A stretch of 64,000 nucleotides of DNA. It comes from Octopus sinensis. Lineage: Eukaryota. Position numbers and translations under genes: made by a program. Where the stretch lies: contig NC_043005.1 in assembly GCF_006345805.1 (NCBI RefSeq), positions 89,900,001-89,964,000 of the forward strand. The letters are read 5' to 3'. The notes beneath the pieces were generated by a model, which saw nothing but the letters and a program-made list of their open reading frames with translations, searched no databases and was not told the origin of the DNA. Below, in pieces: positions 1 through 11,282 of this stretch (its first letter is position 1; each line of letters starts with the position of its first letter).

Positions 1-720
1 AAAATTTGTGTTCTCGTGATCACGTGTATGATCACAAAAGTCTGCGTGAAATTTTTCGTCAACCTTGGCAAGTCTGCTACAGAGACATTGAGCATGCTTC
101 AGGAATCTTACGGTGATGAAGCAATGGGTCGTACGCAAAGTTTCAAGTGGCGCGGATGCTTCAAAAGAGGAAGAACGTCCCTGGGAGAGGATGAACGATC
201 AGGAAGACCTGCCAGGAGCGTCACCTACCGGAAATGTGGAGAGCATTGATCAGCTTGTGCCTGAGGATGGACGGATGACAATGAACGTGGTTTTGAAGCG
301 TTTGCGAAAGCGATTTGTGGAGAACAAAGAATTAAAATTCATAATGACGACAGTGCCCCCTGTCACCGAGCTCTCCTCACCTGTGAGTTTCCGCCAAAGC
401 AACATGGCATCGCTTCCACACCCGCCATATTCGCCAGATCTTGCACCTGCGCACTTCCGTTTCTTCCCCAAGATGAAAATGCAGCTCAAAGGTTGCCATT
501 TCGACACCATTGTCAAATCAAGAGAGAAAGGCAGAAGGTCCTCGACATGCTTACAGAAAACGACTTCCAGGCTGGATACCAAAGTTGGCAGGAACACTGG
601 GACGAGTGTATTTTTGCGTAAGGTGGCTATTTCGAAAGAGATGATGTTTAAAACTTAGATAAATAAGTTATTTTTTTATTAAACATAAATAGTCTTGGGA
701 GATTTTCATACCACCTCGTA
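1..720 (+). mobile_element. mariner-type DNA transposon, internally deleted, 5' end outside window
   Basis: ORF 16-249 gives a mariner HTH (KSATETLSML...FKRGRTSLGEDERSGRP). ORF 113-658 carries HPPYSPDLAP. The element ends in a mariner-like right TIR (...TTTTCATACCACCTCG-TA) at 720. Confidence 0.85.
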
Positions 721-851
721 TGCACACATATTCATGGTGGCATGTATATATACACGCACACACAAAAACACATACACATATAAACACACACCTACACATA
801 GATATTGGTATGAACAAACAGAATACAATGTAACACGTTAAATGAGGGTGT

Positions 852-909
852 ATACATACACATATACATCTATATATAATATATATATTATATATATATA
901 TATATATAT

Positions 910-995
<86 letters not shown>

Positions 996-996
996 G

Positions 997-1037
<41 letters not shown>
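852..1037. repeat. compound microsatellite (TA)n-(GA)n-(GATA)n
   Basis: Directly visible; explains ORFs 838-1062 and 888-1151. Confidence 0.95.
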
Positions 1038-1038
<1 letters not shown>

Positions 1039-1098
1039 TAAATCCAAAACGACGAAGAACAAAGTATTAGTAGATGCTCAGGGAAAGAAAGAAAGGTG

Positions 1099-1130
1099 GT
1101 TTTACGTTTCGAGCAAAAGTCTTCAGAAAC
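1099..1130 (-). ncRNA. degenerate minimal type I hammerhead ribozyme (Penelope-like terminal repeat remnant)
   Basis: Minus strand reads GTTT-CTGAAGA-cttttgctc-GAAA-CG-TA-AAAC. Stem I and core are intact; stem II cannot close (apparent deletion from GAGC-TTTT-GCTC). Confidence 0.5.
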
Positions 1131-1257
1131 ATGAGACAGAGGAAAGTCCAAGAGAAAAGGATAAGGAGAAAAAAATGGCCAGTGGTTACTATGTAGTTAT
1201 TTTCCCTCGATCTTCCGATCCACTTTGGAATACCTAATTCGGGGAATTCCTTCTACC

Positions 1258-1289
<32 letters not shown>

Positions 1290-1421
1290 ATATATATATA
1301 TGCATACATTATGCATTGTTATAAATCTGTCTAATAAAGGCATTGTTATAAATCTGTCTAATAAAGGCCCGAAAAACATATGTACTGCTGAATCCTTGGC
1401 ATCATGTTTTTATTTGATCAA

Positions 1422-1464
<43 letters not shown>

Positions 1465-2089
1465 TATATATATAGTATATATATATATACACACATGTAT
1501 GTGTATATGCTTGTATATTAATTTTATTATTATTTTTCTGACACAAGTGCCACGCACAAAACACCCAACTCTAAAGTCGCATCTGAACTTGCAGCTGAAT
1601 AAAAATGATGTAAAAATAGAGTGATGTGTGTGTGCGTGTTTGGGAATGTGAGAGTGTGTTTGTGTGTGTGTCTCTGTGAGTACACACATATACACATATA
1701 CATATGTATACGTATATACATCAGGATGATACTATAAGCTTTGGAGCATAAACAGAGATAAGTCATAAAACTGATACTGTAAGCATATATATACACATGT
1801 ATTCTCTACTGTACTTATACGTATACAAACCACACACACATATATATATATAATATATAGATAGATAGATAGATATATACACATTATACATATCTCTATA
1901 TATAATAAAAATAACTTACATATACTCCCACATGTACGGCCATATGTACTTACTCGTGTACCAGTACCCAATTTTAATAGTACACATGCGGAAGAGAAAA
2001 TGAGTAATTAAATTCGAATTTAGGCAAAACGAGATGTATACATATATATACACACGTATATTAAAACAGCTATTTAAATAAGCATATTG

Positions 2090-2392
2090 TGTTTGTTCCT
2101 TCTCGAGCCACGCCAGGCTCATAGGGTCGGTATCCCGGTTTCCTTGGCGTATAGATTCCACACACTGGACGGGACGCCGGTCCGTTCGCAGGTGAGCTGC
2201 ATGATGCAGGAGGAAAGAGTGAAAGAAAGTGTGGCGAAAGAGTCAGGCAGAAGTTAGCCATTACCCTCTGCCGGAGCCACGTGGAGCTTAGGTGTTTCGC
2301 TCATAAACACACACATCGCCCGGTCTGCGGTTCGAACCCGTGATCCCTCGACCGCGAGTTCGCTACTCTAACAACTAGACCATGTACCTCCA
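2090..2392 (-). mobile_element. tRNA-derived SINE (family D)
   Basis: Minus strand has A-box-like TGGTCTAGTTG and B-box GGTTCGAACC, then an unrelated body and an A-rich end. Confidence 0.7.
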
Positions 2393-2732
2393 CAAATAAG
2401 CATATAAACAAGTACAATTGCATAAATACATACATATCCATATATAAATATAGACTCAAGAAGCATATTGACCTTGTATGTAAAATATCCTTCGATTATC
2501 ATAATTAAATAATATAAGTAACAAAACTTAATAATACTATTAAATCTAAAACGTTACTATGTTATTTAGTCTAATAAAGGAGTATATAGCGTGATATTAA
2601 ATAATATCAAACAACATAATTAAGAATAATAATTACCTATTTTAGATTAGTGAAAAGGAATTTGGTCATGTGTTTACATGAAGAGGCTTTTTCATCCCTC
2701 GTATTTAGTAGGTCTCCTTTCCTCTTTTAACA

Positions 2733-3047
2733 TTTACTTGTTTCAGTTATTAGATTGTGGCCATGCTGGGGCACCTTGAAAGGTTTTCAGTCGAATGAAT
2801 CAACCCCAGGAATTAATTTTTTTAAAGCTTGGTACTTATTCTATCAGTTTCTTCTACTGAACCACTAGGCTACCCGAGGAAAAACACCAACATCGGTTGT
2901 CAAGCAGTGATAGGGGACAAACACAAACACAAAGACACACACACACACACACACACATACACATATATATATACATTCATATACATATGTAAATATACAC
3001 ATGCATATTTATTGATATGTGTATGTATTAAGAAGAAAAAAGGGTTT

Positions 3048-3108
<61 letters not shown>

Positions 3109-3298
3109 ATATATATATTATAATATATATACACGACATGCTTCTTTCAGTTTCCGTCTACCAAATTCAGTCTCAACGCTTTGGTCGGTCTGGAGTGTTA
3201 TGGTAAAAGACACTTGCCCAAGGTGCCACGCAGAATGACTGAACTCGGAAACCACGTGATTGGCAAGCAAGCTTCTTGCCACACCAGCAACGCCTGCG
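2733..3298 (-). mobile_element. tRNA-derived SINE with internal (CA)/(TA) microsatellite (family A), full copy
   Basis: The same two halves recur at 10862-11277, 41220-41488, 43725-44042, 53915-54115, 59092-60650, 4578-4663 (+) and 62590-62690 (+). Head consensus is GGCGTGGCTGTGTGGTAAGAAGCTTGC...GGTTCAGTCCC. Confidence 0.8.
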
Positions 3299-4664
3299 CC
3301 TATTGTTCACTTTGAATTTAACTAATTTTTGGATTACCTTGGAAAGTGTTAAACATGTATTTCAGATGTATCAGTTTGAATGATATTCCTTGAATCTAAA
3401 TATGGCGATTACAAAGAAACGGTCGACGGCTCTTCTTTGGTGAATTCAACAATTAAAGATGTGATTTTCTCTATCCCTAGTTTTGTGGTCTAATACTCTG
3501 AATTAGTGATCTATTCGTCATCCGTAGGGAATTCTTTAGATGTGTATTCTACTTGCATTGATTGGTGTCTGATTGCTGGATATGTGACCAAATTCGGTTT
3601 AAAGACAGTGTGTTTTAATGACATCTGCCTGGATTTTTTCACCCCCTTTCCCCCTTAATGCACCCACACACATATGCACTTGTTTGCACGCGTTGTGTGT
3701 ATTATACATTCTCTATTTATGTCATCATCTTCGGAATTGTTGTCATCATTCTTTCAAATTCTAGCTTCTGAAGTGTCTTCGGTGGACAGTAGAATGAAAT
3801 CTTCCATTGCCATCCAAATGGTATTACAGTCGGACTACTGATCATTCTCTGCTGACGTACTTTGTGAGGACTTGGAGGACTTTAATGGTCATAATATCAA
3901 CCCCGTCACTGGCGTTCGGTGTCGCCTATCTCTGGTAGGTATGCATGTGTGTATGGGTGGAAGGATGGATGAGTGCGTGTGCATATATGGGTGTATGATT
4001 ATTGGCTCTATGTATGTACAAGTGTATGGATGTCTATATATATATGTATGACTAGATGTGTGCATGAATATATACATGCACGTATGCACGTATGAATATA
4101 TGAATGTATGGGTGTATGGATTTATATACGGATGGGCTTAAGTATGTGTGGGTGCATTGATGCATATATGTATATATGCATAGATGTATATGTATGGATA
4201 GATGAATGGATGTATGTATGTACACTTATTTCTATATGTATATACAACCCGTCACATAGTTGGTGACTAAACTTACAACTCTAAAAAGCTTACTTGAAAA
4301 AGCGGGTGGGAGCGAGGTGTGTTTATATTGGACACGCTCTAGGATGAGAAGCAAAACCCGTCAAAGGACAGCTAGGGGTGAGAAACCCTTAATCTTTGTT
4401 TAGATATCTCTCTAGGGGAAGGAAAACTCTAATCTAACCCCTGTACCTTCGTTTGAATCCAATATGTAGATTAGTTCTTTTTTGGGGCGAAAGCATTCGA
4501 TGTTTAGAGACGAGTAACTTAAGAAGCTTTAAATACAGGCTTTACCTGACTTTTAAACATCTTTATTCACATCAAAGATGCAGGCGTGGCTGTGTGGTAA
4601 GACGTTTGCTTCCCAACCACATGGTTCTGGGTTCAGTCTCACTGTATGGCACCTTGAACAAATG

Positions 4665-4665
4665 C

Positions 4666-4737
<72 letters not shown>

Positions 4738-4865
4738 GGATGGATGGATGGATGGATGGATGGATGGGTGGGTGGATGGATGGGTGGATGGATGGATGGA
4801 TGGATGGATGGATGGGTGGGTGGATGGATGGATGGATGGGTGGATGGATGTATGGATGGGTGGAT
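4665..4865. repeat. (CTAT)n-(GGAT)n compound microsatellite
   Basis: Directly visible. Confidence 0.95.
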
Positions 4866-4929
4866 AAATATTTATATAACTAAATATTTCTATTACTAAA
4901 GGAATTTCACATTGGCCATCCAGGGATTC

Positions 4930-5345
4930 GAGAATGAATCATTAGAGAAGTGATGTCTATTAGCCAACTATGGATTCGAGACATTGAAGAACGAGTGGAA
5001 CCATGCAGCGTTGTGCTCTAGCAGCAAAATCACCCAACACGAAATGACAAGCGTGGCCCCAAAAAAGATATTCCATGATCCAGACTGCATGTTTATTACG
5101 CAGGTTCATATACCTTGTTGTGGTGGACAGTGTTTCAAAATGGTCTGAAGTGCATCAGTGTTAAAAAGCCAAACATCTGCGGTTCTGTGAGTTTTTACAC
5201 GAATTGTTCGCAAGATATGGGTGCTATTCATGAAACCATTGAGTCAGATAATGGAACTCAGTTTACTTCAGACGAGGTCAAAAAGGTTGTAAAAGTTTTG
5301 CTATCGAACAGGTGACCACTCTGCTTTATCATTCTATGTCACATG
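4930..5345 (+). mobile_element. Gypsy LTR-retrotransposon integrase remnant
   Basis: Broken frames give LVVVDSVSKWSEV...FLHELFARYG and ETIESDNGTQFTSDEVKK (rve catalytic D region), preceded by a C-x2-C zinc-finger-like segment. Confidence 0.8.
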
Positions 5346-6299
5346 TACGGAGTGAGTGAGTTCTGCGATAGGTTTATTTAGTTAACCACCATCCAAAGAT
5401 TTAGTTGGGTAACACTGTCTTCCACCCGACGTATACATGCACGTCATAACACTGTCCAAATAACATTCGAATGTTGGGTCTTTTTCTATTTTAATTATTT
5501 GTAGGGGTAGCATTGAATAATGTCGCAATGGTTTTAGGTGATGTCAAGTCAACGTTTGTGGGTGGCATACGACACGGGGGACAGCCTTGGGTGACTCGTA
5601 AACTTGATGTCAATCCTCACTATATCCTGCTTTATGTTGGGGGACTATAAAGGGCAGTAGTGTTTGAGGCGAGACCTAGCAAACATGGAGAAGAAAAGGA
5701 TGATGGATTTATGATCTCTAGCCTGAGATGCGTGTGTGTGTGCGAGGGGGGGAAGGAGGAGTGTTTCCTTATTTGGACAATGGTTGTAAACAAGTGTCAT
5801 TGCGATACGGTCCATCTTTGTTTCCAATCTTCCACGAAAACATGTTCGGTCATGGGGAAATCCTTCCTTAGCAGGGAACATGTGAGGGTTGACATCAAGA
5901 AGGGTTTCTGGCTATAGAAAATATGCCTCAACACATTCCATTCAACTCTTGCGAGCATGGGAAAGTGGATGTTAAGACAAAGATGAGGATGAGGAAGACG
6001 ACTGTAAAGTAAGTCGTGAATGTCCCGCAATCTCATTCGATCCACTCCATGGACATGACTCATTCGGTCAATTATGATATTCAGTTTCATGTTCCAACTT
6101 TGTTCCTGGGATACAATGGCACTCACTAAATACATATTCCCATTTCCTATGAAGGCCCAAGACCCCTAAGATGTAGGTTTAGAGGAATATATAACCCATA
6201 GCCCCTTAATTCCTAAAGGTTATAGAAGATGGAGGTATGTATGTATGTATGTATGTATGTATGTATGTATGTATGTATGTATGTATGTATGTATGTATG

Positions 6300-6480
6300 T
6301 GCTACTGGAAACATGTAATCCAGTACAACCTGTTGCATGGTCGGGTCCTCGGCGACTAAACCGGCAACCCCACCAAGCTTGCTTGGTGAGGAGGGTGCTT
6401 ATTGGACACCCTGCGGGATGAAAAACAAAACCCGTCAAAGGGCGGAGGACCTCTTGAGAGTCAACGGCCATCCAATAAAT
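6300..6480 (+). repeat. dispersed repeat, probable LINE 5' UTR fragment (related copy about 4255-4450)
   Basis: Both loci share GCGACTAAAC / TATTGGACAC / AAAACCCGTCAAAG blocks. The 5' UTR assignment is inference. Confidence 0.4.
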
Positions 6481-6866
6481 GTTAGCACGGGTACGTAGAA
6501 ATTCCGGGGTGGTGTCCGGCGTGCTGAAAGACCACTAGGAGTGAGGCGCTCCTCAGCTTTTGTTAAAGCACGTCTGTAGGAGAAGGTCACTCTGATATAA
6601 AACCAGATATGCAGGGAATGGCATTGAACATTTCGGGGATCTTTGGTTTGTGCTAGAGATCACGGCGCTCCCACATCCCTGAGCCTGCGACTCATATTGG
6701 CACCAGACATCTTGCTCCGGCTTGTCTCTGGATAATGTCAATAGAGTGGAGAGGGTCTATGAGGTGTTGTGCAAGCCTTATTGGACTTAAAAATCTGCAC
6801 AGGCATTGCGGACCCTTTTTTTTTCTATATATATCTTATTTTTAGTATATATTTTCTTCATTTTTA

Positions 6867-6922
<56 letters not shown>

Positions 6923-6924
<2 letters not shown>

Positions 6925-9900
6925 CGGAAGTCCTGCGGCGATGGAAAGGTGGTGAAGCATGCAGACCTGACGGGTTGGAAGCATGTAGTCAGCGACTTGC
7001 ACGTAGGCGGCCCATGCTAGATATAAAGTCGTCTCCTTGTCGCCCAAGACAGCGGTAGGATTCTGTTGCTGCATGGGTGTCTGAGCAGCTCCATTTGGAG
7101 AGGGCACTGCTCACCTGGAGACCGGGGAGATTCTAGAAAAGGTGAACCAAAAAAAAAAATTGCCTTGTCTTTCCATATCTGGTCAGTTTAGCGCGACTGA
7201 CGGATGTCCACCCAGCGCTCGAAAAACAAAGAGTCTTTTATCTATAAAATCTGGACGGAACTTAAACATTTCATGTTGGAATGTGCGTACTCTGTTGGAC
7301 AACAAGAGTGATTGCAGGCCTGAAAGACGCACTGCACTTGTTGCTTGTGAGCTGAACCGTTATAAAATTGATATAGCTGCACCCTCAGAGACTCGTATAG
7401 AAGGTGATGGTCAGCTTGAGGAAGTAGGAGGCGGATACACCTTTTTTTGGAAAGGAAGGTAGAAGGAGGAGCGCAGAGAGGCTGGTGTTGGTCTTGCAGT
7501 CAGATCTGATATCCTGAAGAAGTTGGAAGAGCTCCCTGTTTCTATAAATGAACGTATAATGACCCTACGGTTGCACTTGAAAGGAAATGGTTTGCTACTC
7601 TAATAAGTGCCTATGCACCTACTTTGACTAGCTGTGATGAAGATAAAATAATCTTTTATACCCAGCTGAGAGCCATACTTAGAAAAATCCCCAATTCTGA
7701 TAAAGTCATTCTACTGGGGGATTTTAATGCCAGAATAGGAACTGACTGGCAAACATGGAACTCTCTAGGACGTTTTGGAGTAGGGAAAATGAATAGCAAT
7801 GGTCTCATGCTACTGGAGCTTTGCGAAGAACATGGACTTTACATTGCAAGTACTCATTTTGTGCACAAAGGTGATCACACAGCAACATGGATGCATCCAA
7901 GGTCCAAAGTTTGGCACTTGCTGGATTACGTCATCATCCGCAAGCGCGACATTTATGACATTTGTAATGTCAAGTCCTTGCATGGATCAGAATGCTGGAC
8001 AGACCACAGTCTGGTGCGAACAAAGTTCCGAATGGTGATTAGGGCGAAAGAGAGAAGAGGACCAGTCAGCATTCCTCGCCGTCTAAATGTCCACAAGGTA
8101 TATGACATTGTGGTTAGGAAAGAGCTTCAGACTCGCTTGTCCAGCATTGAAACTGCTGCAGCATGGGAAGATTTTCGAGACCAGGTTGTTCAATGTGCAA
8201 CCGAAACACTGGGGTATGTTACTGCCAGACACAGAGACTGGTTTGATGAGAATGATGCTGAAATTCAATGACTATTAGTGGTGAAGCGCCATGCCCACAG
8301 TGTGTTGCTGCACAGAGAACTGTCTAATGTGCAGCGAAGTCTAGCACTTGCCCACTATAACAGTGTAAAATCACTACTGCAGCGATCTCTCAGGAAGATG
8401 CAGAACACTTAGTGGGAGGATCTTGCTCGTGATGTTCAGGCTGCTGCTGATGCAAATGACAGCAAGAAGCTTTACCATCTTATGAAGCGAGCTTATGGAC
8501 CTAAGAGCTCCACATCAGCTCTTTTGCTTTCCAAGGAGTCTTCCACTCTGTTTACTAAATCAACAGAAATCACAGGTCACTGGATCGGACACTTCTCTGA
8601 ACTCCTAAACCATGAGTCAGTTGTGGATGAAACAGTGATTGATACTATGAAACAAAGACCTATCATTGACTCCTTAGACTCCTCGCCATCAATACATGAA
8701 GTAATGACATCAATAAGTAAATTGAATCTTGGTAGGGCACCTGGAAAGGATGGAATTTGTGCTGAGGTCTTGCGATTTGGTGGTAATTGCATCACGCAGT
8801 CCCTTCATGAACTTATTAGTGCAGTCTGGAGGGATGGTGCAATCCCTTAGGACTGGAAGGATGCAATTATTCCTCCTCTATATAAAGGAAAAGGAGCCAG
8901 AACAATGTGTGATAACTACAGAGGTATTGCTCTACTATCAGCTGCTGGCAAGGTTCTGGCAAATATTATTCTTATCCGTCTGAATGGGTGTCTCGTAAAT
9001 GATGTCCTATCTGAATCTCAATGTGGCTTCCGATCTGGTAGAGGGAGAATGGATATGATTTTCACAGCAAGACAGATACAGGAGAAGTGCTATGAGCAGA
9101 ATATGGATCTTGTCCAGGTATTCATTGATTTAACTAAGGCCTTTGATACTGTAAATAGGGCCTTTCTATGGAAAATACTTGGCAAACTTGGATGTCCGGA
9201 TCACTTTGTATCTATAATTAAATCATTTCATGATGGGATAGAGGCTTGGGTCAATGTTGGTGGTGCCATGGCGGGACCCATTCCTGTAGAGAATGGTGTT
9301 AAGCAGGGTGACATCCTTGCCCCAACTCTCTTTTCTTTGTATTTTGCTGCTACTTTTACTCATGCTTTTGCTAAGGTTAGCTCTCTGGGAATATATGTCA
9401 GATATCAATCTTCTGGCCGCTTCTTTAATCTTCGCCGATTTGCTGCCAATTCAAAGGTTTCCCAGTCTATTATTCGTGACCTCCTTTATGCAGATGACTG
9501 TGACTTAGTCACTCATACAGTGGATGACATGCAAATACTCATGAATTGCATTTCTGCTTCTTGCAAGGCATTTGGACTCAGCATTAGCCTGGACAAGACT
9601 GTTGTAATGTTCCAGCCTGCACCAGGAAATCCATATATAGAACCAGCTATCTTGGTTGAAGGAACAATTCTGAAGGTAGTAGACAAGTTTGTCTACCTGG
9701 GCAGCACACTCAGCCGTTCTTGCTCCCTGGATGAGGAAATATCTTTCAGGTTACAGAGAGCAACTAATTCCTTCCGGTCTCTTCAGTCTCGTGTCTGGTC
9801 CCAACATGGCATCGTAAGGAGAACAAAAGTTGCTGTGTACTGACATCGCTTCTCTACTCATGTGAGACATGGACTCTGTATAAACGTCAGGTAAGGGTCC

Positions 9901-10488
9901 TTGAACGTTTTCATCAGAGATGTCTCAGACACATTCTCAATGTTGGCTGGACCTCACAAATTCCAGACACACAGATCCTGAGGACAGCTGATACCTTGAG
10001 TATTGAGGCGATGGTACACAAGCACCGGTTGCGTTGGACTGGACACCTTATTAGAATGGAGGATAGAAGGATTCCTAAGCAGATTCTCTATGGAGAACTT
10101 GTGAATGGAAGGAGACTCCGGCAGAAACCAAGGCTGCGATTTAAGGACTGTGTCAAGTCTTCGTTAAAGGCCTTTGATATGCAGGACACTGACTTGGAGA
10201 ACAATGCCTGTCATCGCCACAGATGGAGGAAGCAGGTTAAGGAGGGGGTCGACACCTTTGAGATAGCACGTATCCAGCATGAAGAACTTAAGCGAGCTGC
10301 GCGAAATCGCACGGCTCGTATAGTGAATGGGGAAAGCTTGGTTGCAATGTTTGCAGTCGTGTATGCTTGTCAAGAGCAGGGCTCATTAGCCACCAACGGA
10401 GCAAATGCAAATATAAGTTAGTCCTAGAGCGCACAATGTTCCTGAAGGTCGCAATGGTCTTCCTCGGTCACGAGTGGACGGCCATCAT
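6923..10488 (+). mobile_element. RTE-clade (BovB-like) LINE, near full length, inactivated
   Basis: APE endonuclease (ISCWNVRTL, SETR, GDFNARIG, LLDYVIIR, WTDHSLV), RT (NYRGIALLS, QCGFR, FIDLTKAFDTV, GVKQGDILAP, LLYADD) and a C-terminal CNVC...H zinc finger. Stops at 7460, 8269, 8410 and 8848; frameshifts near 7590, 9840 and 10330. Confidence 0.95.
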
Positions 10489-10604
10489 GTATGTAATGTA
10501 TAGTATGTATGTATGTATGTATGTGCGTATGTGAGTATGTACATATATACATGTGTGCGTATGCGGTTGTATTGATGAGGTTTTCCGTTTTCTTCACTTG
10601 CAAG

Positions 10605-10813
10605 TTTCCTAGACGAGTCTCCCCGATGGCTCCTCAATAAAAAGAGAACAAAATGCCAACATAATTCTTAGCAACATCGCCAAACTGAATAAAACAGTTT
10701 GCCTCAAACAGAAATCGTCAACATTTCCTCATCGAACAATAAAGAGTATGAAATCTGGAAAATGTTTACCATTCCTCAGCTTCTAAAACGGCCCTAATTT
10801 TGATACTAAACTG
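10605..10813 (+). CDS. SLC22: SLC22/organic cation transporter-like gene 1, intracellular-loop exon; frame-broken as assembled
   Basis: FLDESPRWLL at the start; EYEIWKMFTIPQLLK and ALILILN-W(TG|gtaagt) at the end, in phase with exon 15196. Three frame changes are needed and the length of 209 is not compatible with phase2-phase2. Confidence 0.8.
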
Positions 10814-10861
10814 GTAAGTGATATTACATTTACCATTTTCTGTGTGTTCTTTATCTTTTAT

Positions 10862-11277
10862 CGTTTACTCGTTTCTCTCATTTGACTGCGACCATGATGG
10901 AGCACCGCCTTGAAAATGTTTTAGTTGAATTAATTGATCACAGAACTTTGTTTATGCCTGGTGCTGATTACATTGGTTTCTTTTAAACCATTAAGTTATG
11001 GGGATATAAACAAACCAACACAGGTCGTCAAGTGGTAGTGTGGGACAAACATATGCACAAAGACACACACACACGTAGTTATATATACACACACACACAT
11101 ATATATATATTTATGATGGACTTCTTTCAGTTTCCATCTAACAAATCCGCTCAGAAGGCTTTGGTCAGCCCATGGTTATAGTAGAAGACATTTGATGACG
11201 GTACCATGCAGTGGGACTGAACCTGGATCCATGTGGTTGGGGAACAAGCTTCTTACAACACAACCATGCATGCACCT
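10862..11277 (-). mobile_element. SINE family A copy
   Basis: Collinear with 2733-3298. Confidence 0.75.
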
Positions 11278-11282
11278 ATATT

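Noticed and set aside
1313-1366. 27-bp tandem duplication (also a 34-bp duplication at 56507-56574)
   Set aside because: Two-copy local slippage duplications; no spacers, not CRISPR-like.
5645-6135. Overlapping ORFs with faint resemblance to an RT N-terminal region
   Set aside because: No diagnostic motif (no YxDD or LPFG) in any frame I read; needs a profile search.
1-10604. Search for further upstream exons of SLC22 gene 1
   Set aside because: No exon with TM4-TM6 motifs and compatible splice sites was found; they probably lie upstream of the window.
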